A stretch of DNA of 64,000 nucleotides from Hyphochytrium catenoides (taxonomy: Eukaryota; Protista; Hyphochytriomycota): contig FLMG01001221.1 of NCBI GenBank assembly GCA_900088475.1, forward strand, positions 49,338 to 113,337, written 5' to 3'. Below the pieces are notes generated by a model that saw nothing but the letters and a program-made list of their open reading frames with translations, had not been told where the DNA came from and ran no database searches. Of this stretch, positions 38,561 to 49,263 are shown piece by piece. The position numbers were made by a program, and so were the translations under genes. The number at the start of each line of letters is the position of its first letter. The first letter of the stretch is position 1.

Positions 38561-38998
38561 TATAAAGCCTACAGTACTGAGAAAATAAGAAGCTTATTAC
38601 GATAGGGCCCAGGAGAGGGGCCCTTGCTAGCCGTTGCCCGCTAGTCCATGCTAAGGACAAAGATTGGGGCCCTTATTTACAAGGTGAGGGACTCTACTAT
38701 GAGGGATACTGAGCCAGCATTTCCAAGTGCACAATTTTATCCGCCTTTCCCTAGTGCCTTTGAAAGCAAGGGTTTTGTTGTTTGCTGAGCTACAGGGTGT
38801 GCAGAGGAAGTGGAGGCGAGCCAAGCGGCGGCTGGGGTGTCAGCAGGTGTTGCTGCTCGGCTTTGTTGGCCCATACAAAGCTTCCTGAATAGTGAAGGCT
38901 GAAAGTGGTGCCCTCCCTGCAGATTGCCTCGCGATGAGGTGACACTTTTTTTTGCCGCGGATCATCTCTTCGTGTCTAGAATCTCCTTCTTCCTCTAG

Positions 38999-39175
38999 GT
39001 GGGACCTATTATGATTGTTGATAACGCTGTGCCTGTCATCGTTGGTCTGACGCCTCGGGGTGAAGGCTGCGCCAGAGAGCAAACGGTGTTTATAGCAGAG
39101 TCTCCCTTCTTCGCTCTTACGTGAACGATTCCCTTGGCTGCCCTGAAGGAGGACCACCTCGGGAAATGGTTGTGA
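38999..39175 (+). pseudogene. Frameshifted copy of the last trypsin exon
   Basis: attgttgataacgctgtgcctgtcatcgttggtctgacg...tttatagcagagtctccc matches 35562-35740 with indels. The intron acceptor remnant is retained upstream. Confidence 0.85.
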
Positions 39176-39535
39176 AAGCCGACAATGGTCATTTCAGAGG
39201 GAGAGCGAGTGGAGAGCTTGACTTCATCGTCTAGAAGGGTCCTGTCTACTCTGATTTTGAAGCGGCAGGGGAAGGCCTCCTCCTTCTCTTCCCACTACAT
39301 GCGAACTCTTCCCTGATGAATGCATCAAGAGGGGTCGCTTCATCTACAAGCTACTACTGCCGCCATTGTTACCACCGCTGACTGACGGCTGACTGTGTCC
39401 TGGAGACTCAACCCACAGCGAAGGATGGAGCAGTGAATGACCTTCTTATCCCAGCAGCCTCAGACAGTAGGTGCCTTGTGCATTCCAGGGCACGGTCCTA
39501 GAACCTTGATGAAGAGAAGGGCGACTGTCGAGAAG

Positions 39536-40019
39536 TGTAATATGTGAGAGTGAGGCGGGTCTCAAGAGAGTGAGGGAAAGAAAGTGCTCTGGCTGTACCT
39601 TGGCTGGCCAGGCCTCAGTTCTGACAAGCACCACGCAGAAGAGGAAGACTTCGCGGGAACACACGCAAGTAGCAAAGTGTCTTCTTCTACTTCAGAAAGA
39701 AGTTTATTGACTGAGATATAGAGGGTCTCCCTTCCTAGAGAGTCAGTCCACCTGAGAATGCAAAGATAAAGGAGTAACAAGCAAGAGAAGTTATGTCAAC
39801 AGGCTATTATCCGAAGAACATGCAAAGAGAAAGAGCGCAGAAAGGGAAAAGGAAGAGAGCAGCCTTCTTCTTCCGAGCCATTCGTTGCCGACTTTAATTA
39901 GGACTACACGCCGTGAGAGTACTCTCAAAGAGAAGAGGTCACATCCCATACTCCGGCCGATCCGTGTCCAGTGCGCAATCAGGTGGTTAGCAGCCGTCAG
40001 AGGATATACACATATAACA
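39536..40019 (-). mobile_element. Solo LTR, 484 bp
   Basis: Starts TGTAATATGTG and ends CACATATAACA (TG...CA with a 10/11 inverted match). 5-bp TSD AGAAG at 39531-39535 and 40020-40024. The paralogous site has a single AGAAG at 36600-36604. AATAAA on the minus strand at 39703-39708. Confidence 0.88.
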
Positions 40020-42024
40020 AGAAGACGTTGACAGAGACATCCACAGCGTCCAGCCTTCAAGTGTTATCGATCACCACGCTGATGTCCTGGATCTCTTTTA
40101 TCAAGCGCAGGGCAAAGAGAAAGGGATAGGCAGGTGCCGCGGACAGCACAATAATGACCCGTCGAATAGCCTTTCTCTTCATCACTGCCGCGTTAAAGGA
40201 TACGGCTGCTGTTTGTGATTAGGCTAAGGAAGAAGCTAGAAAAAAGATCAGACATCCACGATCCCCAACAATGACTGCTTTAAGCGTCCCGTAAAGGACC
40301 ATGAAGAAGAGGAAGGCCCAATACTCGAAGCTCTTGCTGAAGAAGAGAAAGAAGAAGATCCAGCTGCGGGATGAGAAGCTGACGACTGATTGCTAAGGGC
40401 AATGTTAGCAGAGCACAAGATATGGAGACTGGCCTCACTAGTGATGGAGCTATGGTGACAGAGCCAGCAGCGATAGCTAGGCCCAGCATGTACATGCGAA
40501 CTAATAGCGGCAACGCTCGGGCTGCCATCAGCATTTACCGCCGGTTCGCTGCGAGAGATGTGCAGGACAGGCAACAAGGGCTTCGAGGGCACCATCTCAT
40601 ACACGCTTCAACTGCCGCTTTGCTGTGGGAGGGCGATGGGCGGCGGATGACCAGATCCAAGAGCAAAAAACCTCACGGAGGGAAAGGAGAGAGAGATCCA
40701 CGAGATTGTGAACAGAAGAAGAAATATAAATTGATATGAAAGGCGAAGGACGGGAAAAAGGAGGGCAAACCGGATGAGTAGCAAAGGATACGGTCCTTGG
40801 TGGTGGGTCGCAAGAACAAAGCCAGAAGATAGAGTTCTTAGGAGAAAACAATGGTGGAGGAGAAGAGCAGAGAGAGGAGAGGGAGGGCCGAGCGAATAGA
40901 AGAGAGAGCGAGAGAGACGAGACGAGGTGAGGGAGGTGGGTAGGGGAAGAAGAAACTTGAAGGAATAAAGAAGGATGTCCCCATGATCATAGAGGAGGAC
41001 TGTGAGGATAGAAGATAATAGAGCAGCAGGAACGATGGCGGGTATGGAATAGAGGATAGAAAGAAGTGGAGTGAAGGCGCGAAGTCTAGTGCTTAGCGGG
41101 AACAGGGATGGCGGGCCTGGGAAGTAGAAAGATAGAAGAGGAGAGTAAGGAGAGGAGAGGGAGAGAGGGAGAGACCTCAGAGAGGAGAGAGGCGCAGAAA
41201 AGAGGAACACAGGGAGTGAAAGAGAGAGGAGTGAGAGAAACAAGCGTAGACGTGGTCATCATGGTCTTTCCTTTATTTCCCTAAAAGGAGGACGAGGAAG
41301 AGAGGGAGGCCCCCTATGTATGGACAAACACTAGAGGAAGGGAAGAGCTCGCCGAGGAGCAGAAGCTGCCGACAAAGAAAGAGTAGAAAGACAATGAGGG
41401 AGAATGGTAGATTGCAAAGGCGGGAGAAGAGAAGAAGGGCCATTATATTGAGAACGAAAGAAGAGGAAGCATCGCTGACGGAAGGGGAAAGCCCAGTGAG
41501 AACACAGTGGTTACATGTCTCTGCCTATGAGCGCTACTGAGATCTTTATCTTCCGTAGTGCTGGAGGTAGGAAATAAGAAAGGAAAGGGGAACTGAGGAG
41601 AGAAGAAGAGAAAGGCAAATAGGACGAGATACTCTAGAGAATGAAGAGGGAGGAAGAAGGGAAGACAGGAAAGACCACCATCTTTCTTCTATTGACTACG
41701 CCAGTCCTTTAAGCCTTAAGCTAAAAGAGAGAATGTACGCTCTTTCCAGTCATTATTAAGAGCTCGTGATGAAAAGGCAGAACAACAGCGAGACAGAGAG
41801 ACAAACAGTGACGAAGAAGGAAGAAAGGAGGTATGAAAGGACCAAGAGATAACCAGGTACGTTGGCCGGCAATGGCAGAAGAGGATCCTTTGGCCTCTTT
41901 CTCCTTCAAGCGCAGACCGCCACTCTCAGAGCGCGCGGAAGGAGTTCAATAATGAAGAGATATAGCTAGAAGAGATGTCTCAATAAGACGCTCTTCTCTC
42001 GTCTTCGACTCGCCTCTGCTGTGC

Positions 42025-42921
42025 CTAAAAGTATCTGACCACATAGTTGTTTGCAAAGTGATCCATCATGTTCCCCGCTCCAGCAGAGCTAGGAAAGTCC
42101 TCGTCCTTAGGCTCGACACGGGACCCTGTCATATGGAAAGCGTTGCCCCAGTGTCTATACCGTCTGAATCCGGTAGGAGGGCCGCTGTTGGGCACTGGAT
42201 CGTTCTTGTTGACAAAGCGATACTTCACGATGTCCTCTCTGATGGATGCCAGAGGAGCAGAGGCAGAGGGCTCCTTCGTGGCAAGGGATTGAGGCTCTCC
42301 ATAGGAGTAAACGACCAGATAAGGAGACCTTGGCTCACGGAGGCGGGTGAAGTTGAATGACAGCGCCCCAGCAGCGTTCCTGTCCAGAGAAGCGTCCTTC
42401 GCAAAGTAGATGGCACTCAGCGCGGCAAGTGAAGCACCACGAGAATGCCCAGTGAGGACGAGCTTGTGCTGTGGGCTCTGGTTCAGGCAATCCTGGACGT
42501 CTGCCACAAATGCGGCGTTGTTCCTGAAGTTACTGATGGCCTTTGTGAAACCAGAGTGAGAGTACGCCACCACCTTGCCGTCCTTAGCTTTGAACTCGAT
42601 GACTTTGCTGTCTGAGTTGCCAGTCGGGCCGTTATAGTCCTCATTGTCATTGGAGCCTCTGAAGGAGATGATGCAGGTCTTGTCCCCGCTGGCAGTGAAG
42701 GCAAAGTCGTTGGCAACGGTATGGCTCTTCCTGAGCTTATACTTGGCCGAGCCAAGACCGAACCCCGTGTAGGCTTGGAGAGAGAAGAGAGCCATATCCG
42801 TGGCTAGACCTTTGTCGTAAGCAGCAGCTGCCTGCAAGCTGCTTTTTGCTTCGATGTTTGCAGTCATTGCGGCCGCCAAGAGCACCGCGTAGGCTAGGCC
42901 ACGTGTTATGAGGCGGTCCAT
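42025..42921 (-). CDS. Secreted class 3 lipase (alpha/beta hydrolase), intronless, 298 aa
   Basis: Signal peptide, ISFRGS oxyanion strand, HSGF, nucleophile LTGHSRGA, YSYGEP, RFVNKNDPVP, YRHWG and C-terminal DH..NY. Confidence 0.92.
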   Translation of the reverse strand: MDRLITRGLAYAVLLAAAMTANIEAKSSLQAAAAYDKGLATDMALFSLQAYTGFGLGSAKYKLRKSHTVANDFAFTASGDKTCIISFRGSNDNEDYNGPTGNSDSKVIEFKAKDGKVVAYSHSGFTKAISNFRNNAAFVADVQDCLNQSPQHKLVLTGHSRGASLAALSAIYFAKDASLDRNAAGALSFNFTRLREPRSPYLVVYSYGEPQSLATKEPSASAPLASIREDIVKYRFVNKNDPVPNSGPPTGFRRYRHWGNAFHMTGSRVEPKDEDFPSSAGAGNMMDHFANNYVVRYF

Positions 42922-44169
42922 CTTGGTTGTTGACAGGGTTGGCGTTCTTTTTGCAGCTGAGGCTAACGTTTCTTCCCTTCAGCCTGTCCAGCGGATAGAA
43001 AGTTGGGATATGATGATTGGAGGTCGATGATTTGGAACGTGCCCTTGCTTCCGTCCGCCACTACTCCAAGGGCGTGGAAGACCGTTCCTCTTCTGTGCGA
43101 TACTCCGTGCCTCGAGCCGCTTCACTGCTGGGTGATCGATTGGTAAAGTCTTCAGTATTATCCACCAGGTTCCCTGCTAAGAGACTAAGCGAAGCAAAGA
43201 AGATTGAGGAAGACGGAAAGACAGCGAGCGCCGCCGGACAATGATGGAGGAAGGAGCGTCAGATCTCATGGTTAACGACGTGGCTGCATGCGCTCGGTCA
43301 GTTAGGCCTGCAACAGTAGCAGAAGAATGTCCGCCTCGTCATTGCCACAAATAATCCTACCAGCAGAAACACCCTGAGGAGCACGACGCTGCGCAAGCTC
43401 TCTGCGTGCTTCAGAGATTAGGATCGAGATAAAGATGTCCCAAGAGCTGTATAGCAGGGCAGCAACCATCTACTACTCTTTGCCTCACCTTCGTCTTCCT
43501 TCAACAAGAACCATTCAATGTCAGTCTCCAGGAGACCTGGCCAACCAAGTTGCCTGCCTCCACTTTCCTGAAGTCCTGGGCTGATCTGGCTCTCTGAATT
43601 TTCTCGCGTGTGCCCACGCTCTCTTGCCCTTTGCCCAACAATAAGAAGGGAAGGACAGAAGAAGAGGACAGCTGAGACTGCTCCGCGGTCAACTCTGGCT
43701 CTAGATATTGACCGGAGGGTGTTGTCTACTCTGTGCGATGTAGAACAATTAGGAAAGATCTATAGATGTCCTTTCCCGTCCTGTCGTCCTTTCTCCTTGG
43801 CCTCTTGGAGAGGATATTGCTTCGGTCATGACCCCAGCCAAGACCGTCAAGTGAGAAGAAGAATGGAGCGAGAGAGAAGAAAGAAGATATTTTTTAGAAA
43901 AAAAAAGAGTGAAGATCACTATCATGAGGATCACAAGGGCACCTAATGGTATAGAAGAAGATGAAGACGAGAGGAAAGCCTTGAACATGAGGAGCATGCA
44001 AGAGTGATGTCCCACTGTCCGCGTAGACATCTCAAGATTCTGTTTATCCTTTACCTTCTTTTACTACGAAGGAAGCTCCTCCGACTGAGGAGGATCGAGA
44101 CTATCCTGCCTTGGTCCGTCTTTCTGCCACCATCACGAGCCGGTAGCACAACGGACTAGAAGACGATCG

Positions 44170-44540
44170 TCACATTCTCACGACGAGGAGCTCTTTGTCT
44201 TTGTCATGCTCAATGGCCTGCCAGTGCTTCGAAACTTGGCCATCTACTGTGGCCTGTACTACAGAGAAGGAAGATCCAGCATCAGCTGTCCTACGGCTGG
44301 TGGGCTGGTGCTTGTTGCCACCAGTCGGACAGCGTGAGATCCTAGCACGACCTTCCGGAACAAGAGATTGTTGATCGAAGAGGCAAAGGCAAGGGTCCTA
44401 AAACGTGGTCTGTTCAGAAAGCCTGGTACAAAGGCTTGCCTTTCTCTGCTGGTGGACGCTTGTGTCCAAGACATACATACGGAGCAGCAGCTACGAGGAA
44501 GGAGAGAGGTAGGAAGGAGGTAGGACATAGCCAGCAACTA
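44170..44540 (-). pseudogene. Possible decayed long-chain acyl-CoA synthetase fragment
   Basis: NNLLFRKVVLGSHAVRLVATSTSP and KFRSTGRPLSMTKTK loosely recall LACS motifs (LVF.KV..LGG.VRL..G.AP and GSVGRPL..TKI). Interrupted by stop codons. Confidence 0.25.
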
Positions 44541-45334
44541 AGGTGGCGAGACTGCTTGACGTCGTGGGCCAGAAGAGGAGAGGATCAAAGAGAACAGATG
44601 CCAGCTACTATGGTGGCAGAAGACAAAGGTGAAGAAGAAGCAAGCGTCTAGATCATCCTTGGACTCACTGCTCAGCAGCAGCAGGAGGAGGAGAAGCAGC
44701 CCCCGCCAGGAGGAGGACCGAGGTTGACTGTGACAACCCTGCTAGCTTGCAGCCTTACGCGCCCACGGCCAAATGCTGATGCCTAGCCGCAAACAACTAT
44801 CTCCATGGTAACGCCCCACTGTCGTTGGGATCCAACCGCCGCCGGGCCAGCCGTGGTCACCTCCTCCGCCGTCTTCTTCCATTCTCCCGGGCCTTCCTTT
44901 ACGACTGTCCATCAGGGGGTAGCCCCGGCAACGCTCAGTTCCTCGCTCTTCTTCCTGATGCTTCCCTCTATCTGTCAGTCTCTCCTCGCATCACCGTCCA
45001 GCCAGTGGGAGTCAATGAGTGAGTGCTCGGCAGGAGAACAGGCATGGTAGACAGCGCTCAACAGCAAAGATTGAACGATGTTGCTGGTCGTGATGATCTA
45101 GTTCCGCAGAGCAAGATGAGACAATCGAAGCGGGCGGGTCAGCTTAGAGACTACTCTCATAAATGAGTGATGATGCTCTCTTGCTGCTGCAAGGGAAGCT
45201 TCTTACTTTCGTCCTTCTAAGAAGGGCATGCTCGTCTTCGGCCTTTAGCTGTTCTAGCTTCTTGGGCTTTCAGCGAACGACGGCTGCTGCTCTCTCATCT
45301 TCGAGGGCGAAGACCGACGGAGAGAGTATGAACC

Positions 45335-47686
45335 ATGGCTGAGAGTATTAGCGATGGTGCACCCCTCGCCGCCGCCTCTGCCACAAGTGCAGCATTCCTC
45401 TCTCCAGTCTCCCGACATTCTTCTTCTGCGTGTCTAGATCTTTGTCACTTGTTGGTCACTCATCTAAGAGAGCGATCTGTCCGGCTGCTGGACAATTCTG
45501 TTGCCTCAAAGTATCTTTTGGCACAGGCCAGGACGTACATCGATAATGTGCTTGATGGGAACGTGACAGCCACCAAGAAGTTAGTGAAGGTCCAGACATG
45601 CCATCGAGGCGCAGATGGCAACGAACTGCTTCATGGCCTCAAAAAGCCTTTGGAAGCCTCGTCACAGCCGTCCATGCTTGCGGTATGTGGAGCATCTGGC
45701 TCCACACAGCATCGTCAACCGCAATACTCTGGCTTAGCTTCATCTGCAGACGGAACAGCAGGAGATAAGGAAGGCAAATCTAGGCCACATCAGGCACTAG
45801 TCGCTCGGCATCCTTACGTGGAACTGAGCGAAAGAGAAAGCAGCGTCACGGTAATGGAGCAGCTCATGGGGAAGCGCTTCTGTGCGTGGTACTGGGCGAG
45901 GAAGACCTTCTTCTCTCCTCTAGCCATGCTCGCTGCCCTGGCGACAAATTTTCTCTTCACCTCCTCATTCATCCTCTTCCCTCCTGGGCACTGGTCAACG
46001 AGCCTGTACGTTGTAGTCGCTCTCTTTACCATTTTCCATCAGTGTGCGGTCTTCAACTCTGCCGTCGTCCTTCGGTGCATCGGAGCTTTTGAAGGCTTCT
46101 ATCTTAGCGTTGAGCTCCTCCTCTTCTCGGTTGCCCTCAATGGCCTGCTGTGCTTTAGGCCGATGGCTCCATTGTTCTCTGGCGTGGCTTTCCTGGGCTC
46201 TTGGAGCCTCGTGATCTTCTACGACAGTCTGCCCTTAGGCGTAAGGAGACGCTCGCGGTACTTTTACTGCTTCTTCGGACTTTGCCTAGTGAGTGATATT
46301 GTGCTGCTCAACCTCCGGACACCTTCAGTGTGTATCTACCGCGTTGATTTGATGCACGGGCTCGTAGACGAGGACAAGGAAGTCGTCCCAAGAAGCCAAT
46401 GGAGCTTTTCTTTGCTAGGTTATGCCCTCAACCGCATCTTCACCATCCTCATGCTGACCTGCAGGCTAACGTATACAGCGTTCAAGCATCCGCAAGACTG
46501 CATTCTAGTGAAAAGCCGCGTGCATTTGATAGACAACTCCTGCCTCCAAAGGCAGATGGCAAGATCAGTCACACCAACCCCGGATTCCCTAGGAGACGAG
46601 GGGTCAAAAAAGCTGACCTCTTTGGATATTGATGACCTGACTTATCAGCTCATTAGCCTTCTAAAGGAGTGGCAGAAGTCCACGGGAGATGCCGCAGAGA
46701 GACAGGCATTAATCAGGGCAAGAGCTGAGATTGACATAGTTCTTAGCGATGTCTGCAACAGCTCGTCTAGCCTCGGTGTGATTGTGCCATTCGACAGTAC
46801 GGAACTGCAGCGTGGTTCCTCTATTCCACTGCCAGCGGCACAGGCGAATGGTTATAATAAATACCCAGAAAGGAATCGGCCAAGGAAGAGGAAGGTCCTG
46901 GTGGCTGTTCAAGCGTACGGCAGCTTGAGCGCGGAAGAGAGTAACCTGACACTATTGGAGAGATTTCTGGGTCAACAAAGCTTCGACCGCTATCGATCCT
47001 ATCAACAGGTCTTTCTTCCGCTAGGATGGCTCTCGTCCGTCCTCCAACCAGTGACCTTCTTTCTTGTCCTTACGGCTCCATTGCCAATGACGGCGAAATA
47101 TGTACTGCTTGTCCTTCAGCTGTTATCAACCATTGTCTGGGCATTCCAGATGACCTCTGCCATCAACCTCTGTCTGCTCCAGAAATGCCTGAAGACCTTC
47201 GACGCTCTCTTCTTCAGTATTGAAATTGCTCTCTACTCTGTGGCACTGTGGTGCGTCTTCTGCTTCAAGATCTGGGCCTTGGTGATGGGACTAACTTCAG
47301 CGCTCGGCACTTGGACTATCTTGGTCGGTTATGACAGCGGAACTTTGGCGTTTAGAAGAAGGTGCCGATATTCCTATCCGATCCTTTGCGGCTCGTTTGT
47401 TGCCCTGTTCTTTCTCTTCTTTCTTCAGGTTCCTAGTGACACATGCGAGTACCGCTTTGATCTCTTTGAGGGGCTTGTGGATGACTCAGAGTCTCCTACA
47501 CGACGAGGAGGACACAGATGGAGCATGTCCATACGCGAGTTCCTACTCAATCGCATTCTCACCATCTTAGTGCTGACTCTCAAGCAGACTATCATGGCTC
47601 TCAAGCACCCGGAAGACTGCATACTGCTAAAGTCCCGAGTGAGACTGGTGGAGATCCAAGGTCAAGATAGGGGATCAAGGAGCTAG
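45335..47686 (+). CDS. Uncharacterised multi-pass membrane protein with an internal tandem duplication (2 units), intronless, 783 aa
   Basis: Two homologous halves, each with AR.(E/Y)ID..L, Y..LS..ES..T..E...G, YDS, C.Y..DL..GL, W.+S....LNR..TIL.L and KHP.DCIL+KSRV.L. About 6 hydrophobic segments per unit. Confidence 0.85.
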   Translation: MAESISDGAPLAAASATSAAFLSPVSRHSSSACLDLCHLLVTHLRERSVRLLDNSVASKYLLAQARTYIDNVLDGNVTATKKLVKVQTCHRGADGNELLHGLKKPLEASSQPSMLAVCGASGSTQHRQPQYSGLASSADGTAGDKEGKSRPHQALVARHPYVELSERESSVTVMEQLMGKRFCAWYWARKTFFSPLAMLAALATNFLFTSSFILFPPGHWSTSLYVVVALFTIFHQCAVFNSAVVLRCIGAFEGFYLSVELLLFSVALNGLLCFRPMAPLFSGVAFLGSWSLVIFYDSLPLGVRRRSRYFYCFFGLCLVSDIVLLNLRTPSVCIYRVDLMHGLVDEDKEVVPRSQWSFSLLGYALNRIFTILMLTCRLTYTAFKHPQDCILVKSRVHLIDNSCLQRQMARSVTPTPDSLGDEGSKKLTSLDIDDLTYQLISLLKEWQKSTGDAAERQALIRARAEIDIVLSDVCNSSSSLGVIVPFDSTELQRGSSIPLPAAQANGYNKYPERNRPRKRKVLVAVQAYGSLSAEESNLTLLERFLGQQSFDRYRSYQQVFLPLGWLSSVLQPVTFFLVLTAPLPMTAKYVLLVLQLLSTIVWAFQMTSAINLCLLQKCLKTFDALFFSIEIALYSVALWCVFCFKIWALVMGLTSALGTWTILVGYDSGTLAFRRRCRYSYPILCGSFVALFFLFFLQVPSDTCEYRFDLFEGLVDDSESPTRRGGHRWSMSIREFLLNRILTILVLTLKQTIMALKHPEDCILLKSRVRLVEIQGQDRGSRS

Positions 47687-49263
47687 AAAGGAGCCGCAAA
47701 TGTAAATAGAGCTTCATTTGCCATATGATCCATCCACTGGCGAGGCCTTCTATGACCGATGATAGAGCCTCCAGGCGTTGATGGAAGAGGGCGACTGGGG
47801 CCGCCACACCTTAACAGGATGAGCTAACGATTGCAATCCTTGGAAAACTTTCCAGACTAGGTTGCACCTGGATGTTGCTGGCACTTCTTCCTTTTCTGAG
47901 CCCATTGTAGTCCTCGTCAGTCTTCAATGAGCTTGTCTGAAGCCCTTCTTGCCATGTAGTTCCTAGCGATGACGTCGGAGGTGATATATTAACTAAGATA
48001 ATATATGGATGATAATATGCAATATGCGCTTCGTCGAGAGTAAGAGCCTCAGTGTCTGAGCTCATGATGAGTCGTTGAGGTCTACTAATAAGAGCGATGA
48101 CGTGTCTGTTTAGCAGTAGTGGTGATTGTCTGGATTGAGGACAGCCTGCTACCAGGCGATGTCAATCAATGCTGGCCTTCTTGTTACTTCCTTCCCCTCT
48201 TCACTATTATCTTCTGCAGTTCGCTTGCGTACTCTTGGCACTGGCTTCGTACGAACAGCATCTGCTACTTTAGCCTTCTGGGAGTTTATCTCTTATTCAA
48301 GGTCGCGGAGCTCAGTCTCGTCTCTGACCCCTCGTCGTGCAATAGGCTCGTCATCATCCCATCGGCGATAAGGCTTTTCTCCGTCCTACTATGATGTTTG
48401 ATGGAGGAGACAGAGGTGCACTAGCACTAACAATCCAAGCAACCCGCTGCTAGGAGTGCACGGCCACCACTCTCCGTAGTACTAGTGGTCGCAATGCACG
48501 GGAGAAGAACAGGAGAAGAAGGTTCTGGGCTCACTTACACCGTCTATCATAATAAGAAAGGCGAGAAACATAATCTAGATCAGTCAGCAGCAGTGGTTAT
48601 CAACATAGAAGAGGAAAGAAAAGAGAGAGACTGATCATCGCCACGTCACCCACTTAATTAGGGCAGAGAGAGGATTCTTTTGACCGATCTGACGAAGCAC
48701 ACTCTTTTACTTGTGTCACGACATCGCTGGACGGTCAACAGAGGCCAAGGGGCCGTCTGTAAAAGAGAGTGTCAGCTATGTCTTCACACTCTGAGAACAG
48801 CATGCTTTTGGCGCTTGTCAGACGGATCCCTTGATGAGGATGACGTGACAGATGGCATGTTGCTTATCAGTGATGTCTATAACTCTTCAGATGTGCTTCT
48901 CGACCTGGTAGCTACGGGCGGCTCCTTCTTACGTCACCACCTTTGCCTTGAGCCACGACGTCCTATGTGTGTTGAACAGCTAAAGCTACCGCCAGGTACC
49001 CGCGCGCTATTATATTTCTTTGGCGCCTTTATAAAAGAAGGAACCTGACATCACGACTTAACTCCCTGAACTGCTCAGGCAGACTCAACCTCCCGCGCCT
49101 TCTACACGTGGTACGCGGCCAAGGAACAAGGAGACAGAGCCTGAACCGACAAGTACGCAGATTATGAATGTACACCTGGCCATAGCACCAGGAAAAAATG
49201 TCTGTTTATCCACTTAAGATCCAAAACTAGTTAGTGAATGGCTAATGTGAAGACGACGTGTGG

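Larger units (their letters stand above)
38960..40530. repeat. Segmental duplication, copy 2, interrupted by a solo LTR
   Basis: Collinear with 35550-37120 apart from the 39536-40019 insertion and about 0.5 kb present only in copy 1. Confidence 0.85.

Noticed and set aside
40608-41243. 211-aa Leu/Ser/Pro-rich ORF
   Set aside because: Product of a purine/pyrimidine-skewed low-complexity tract. It has a non-ATG start and no domain.
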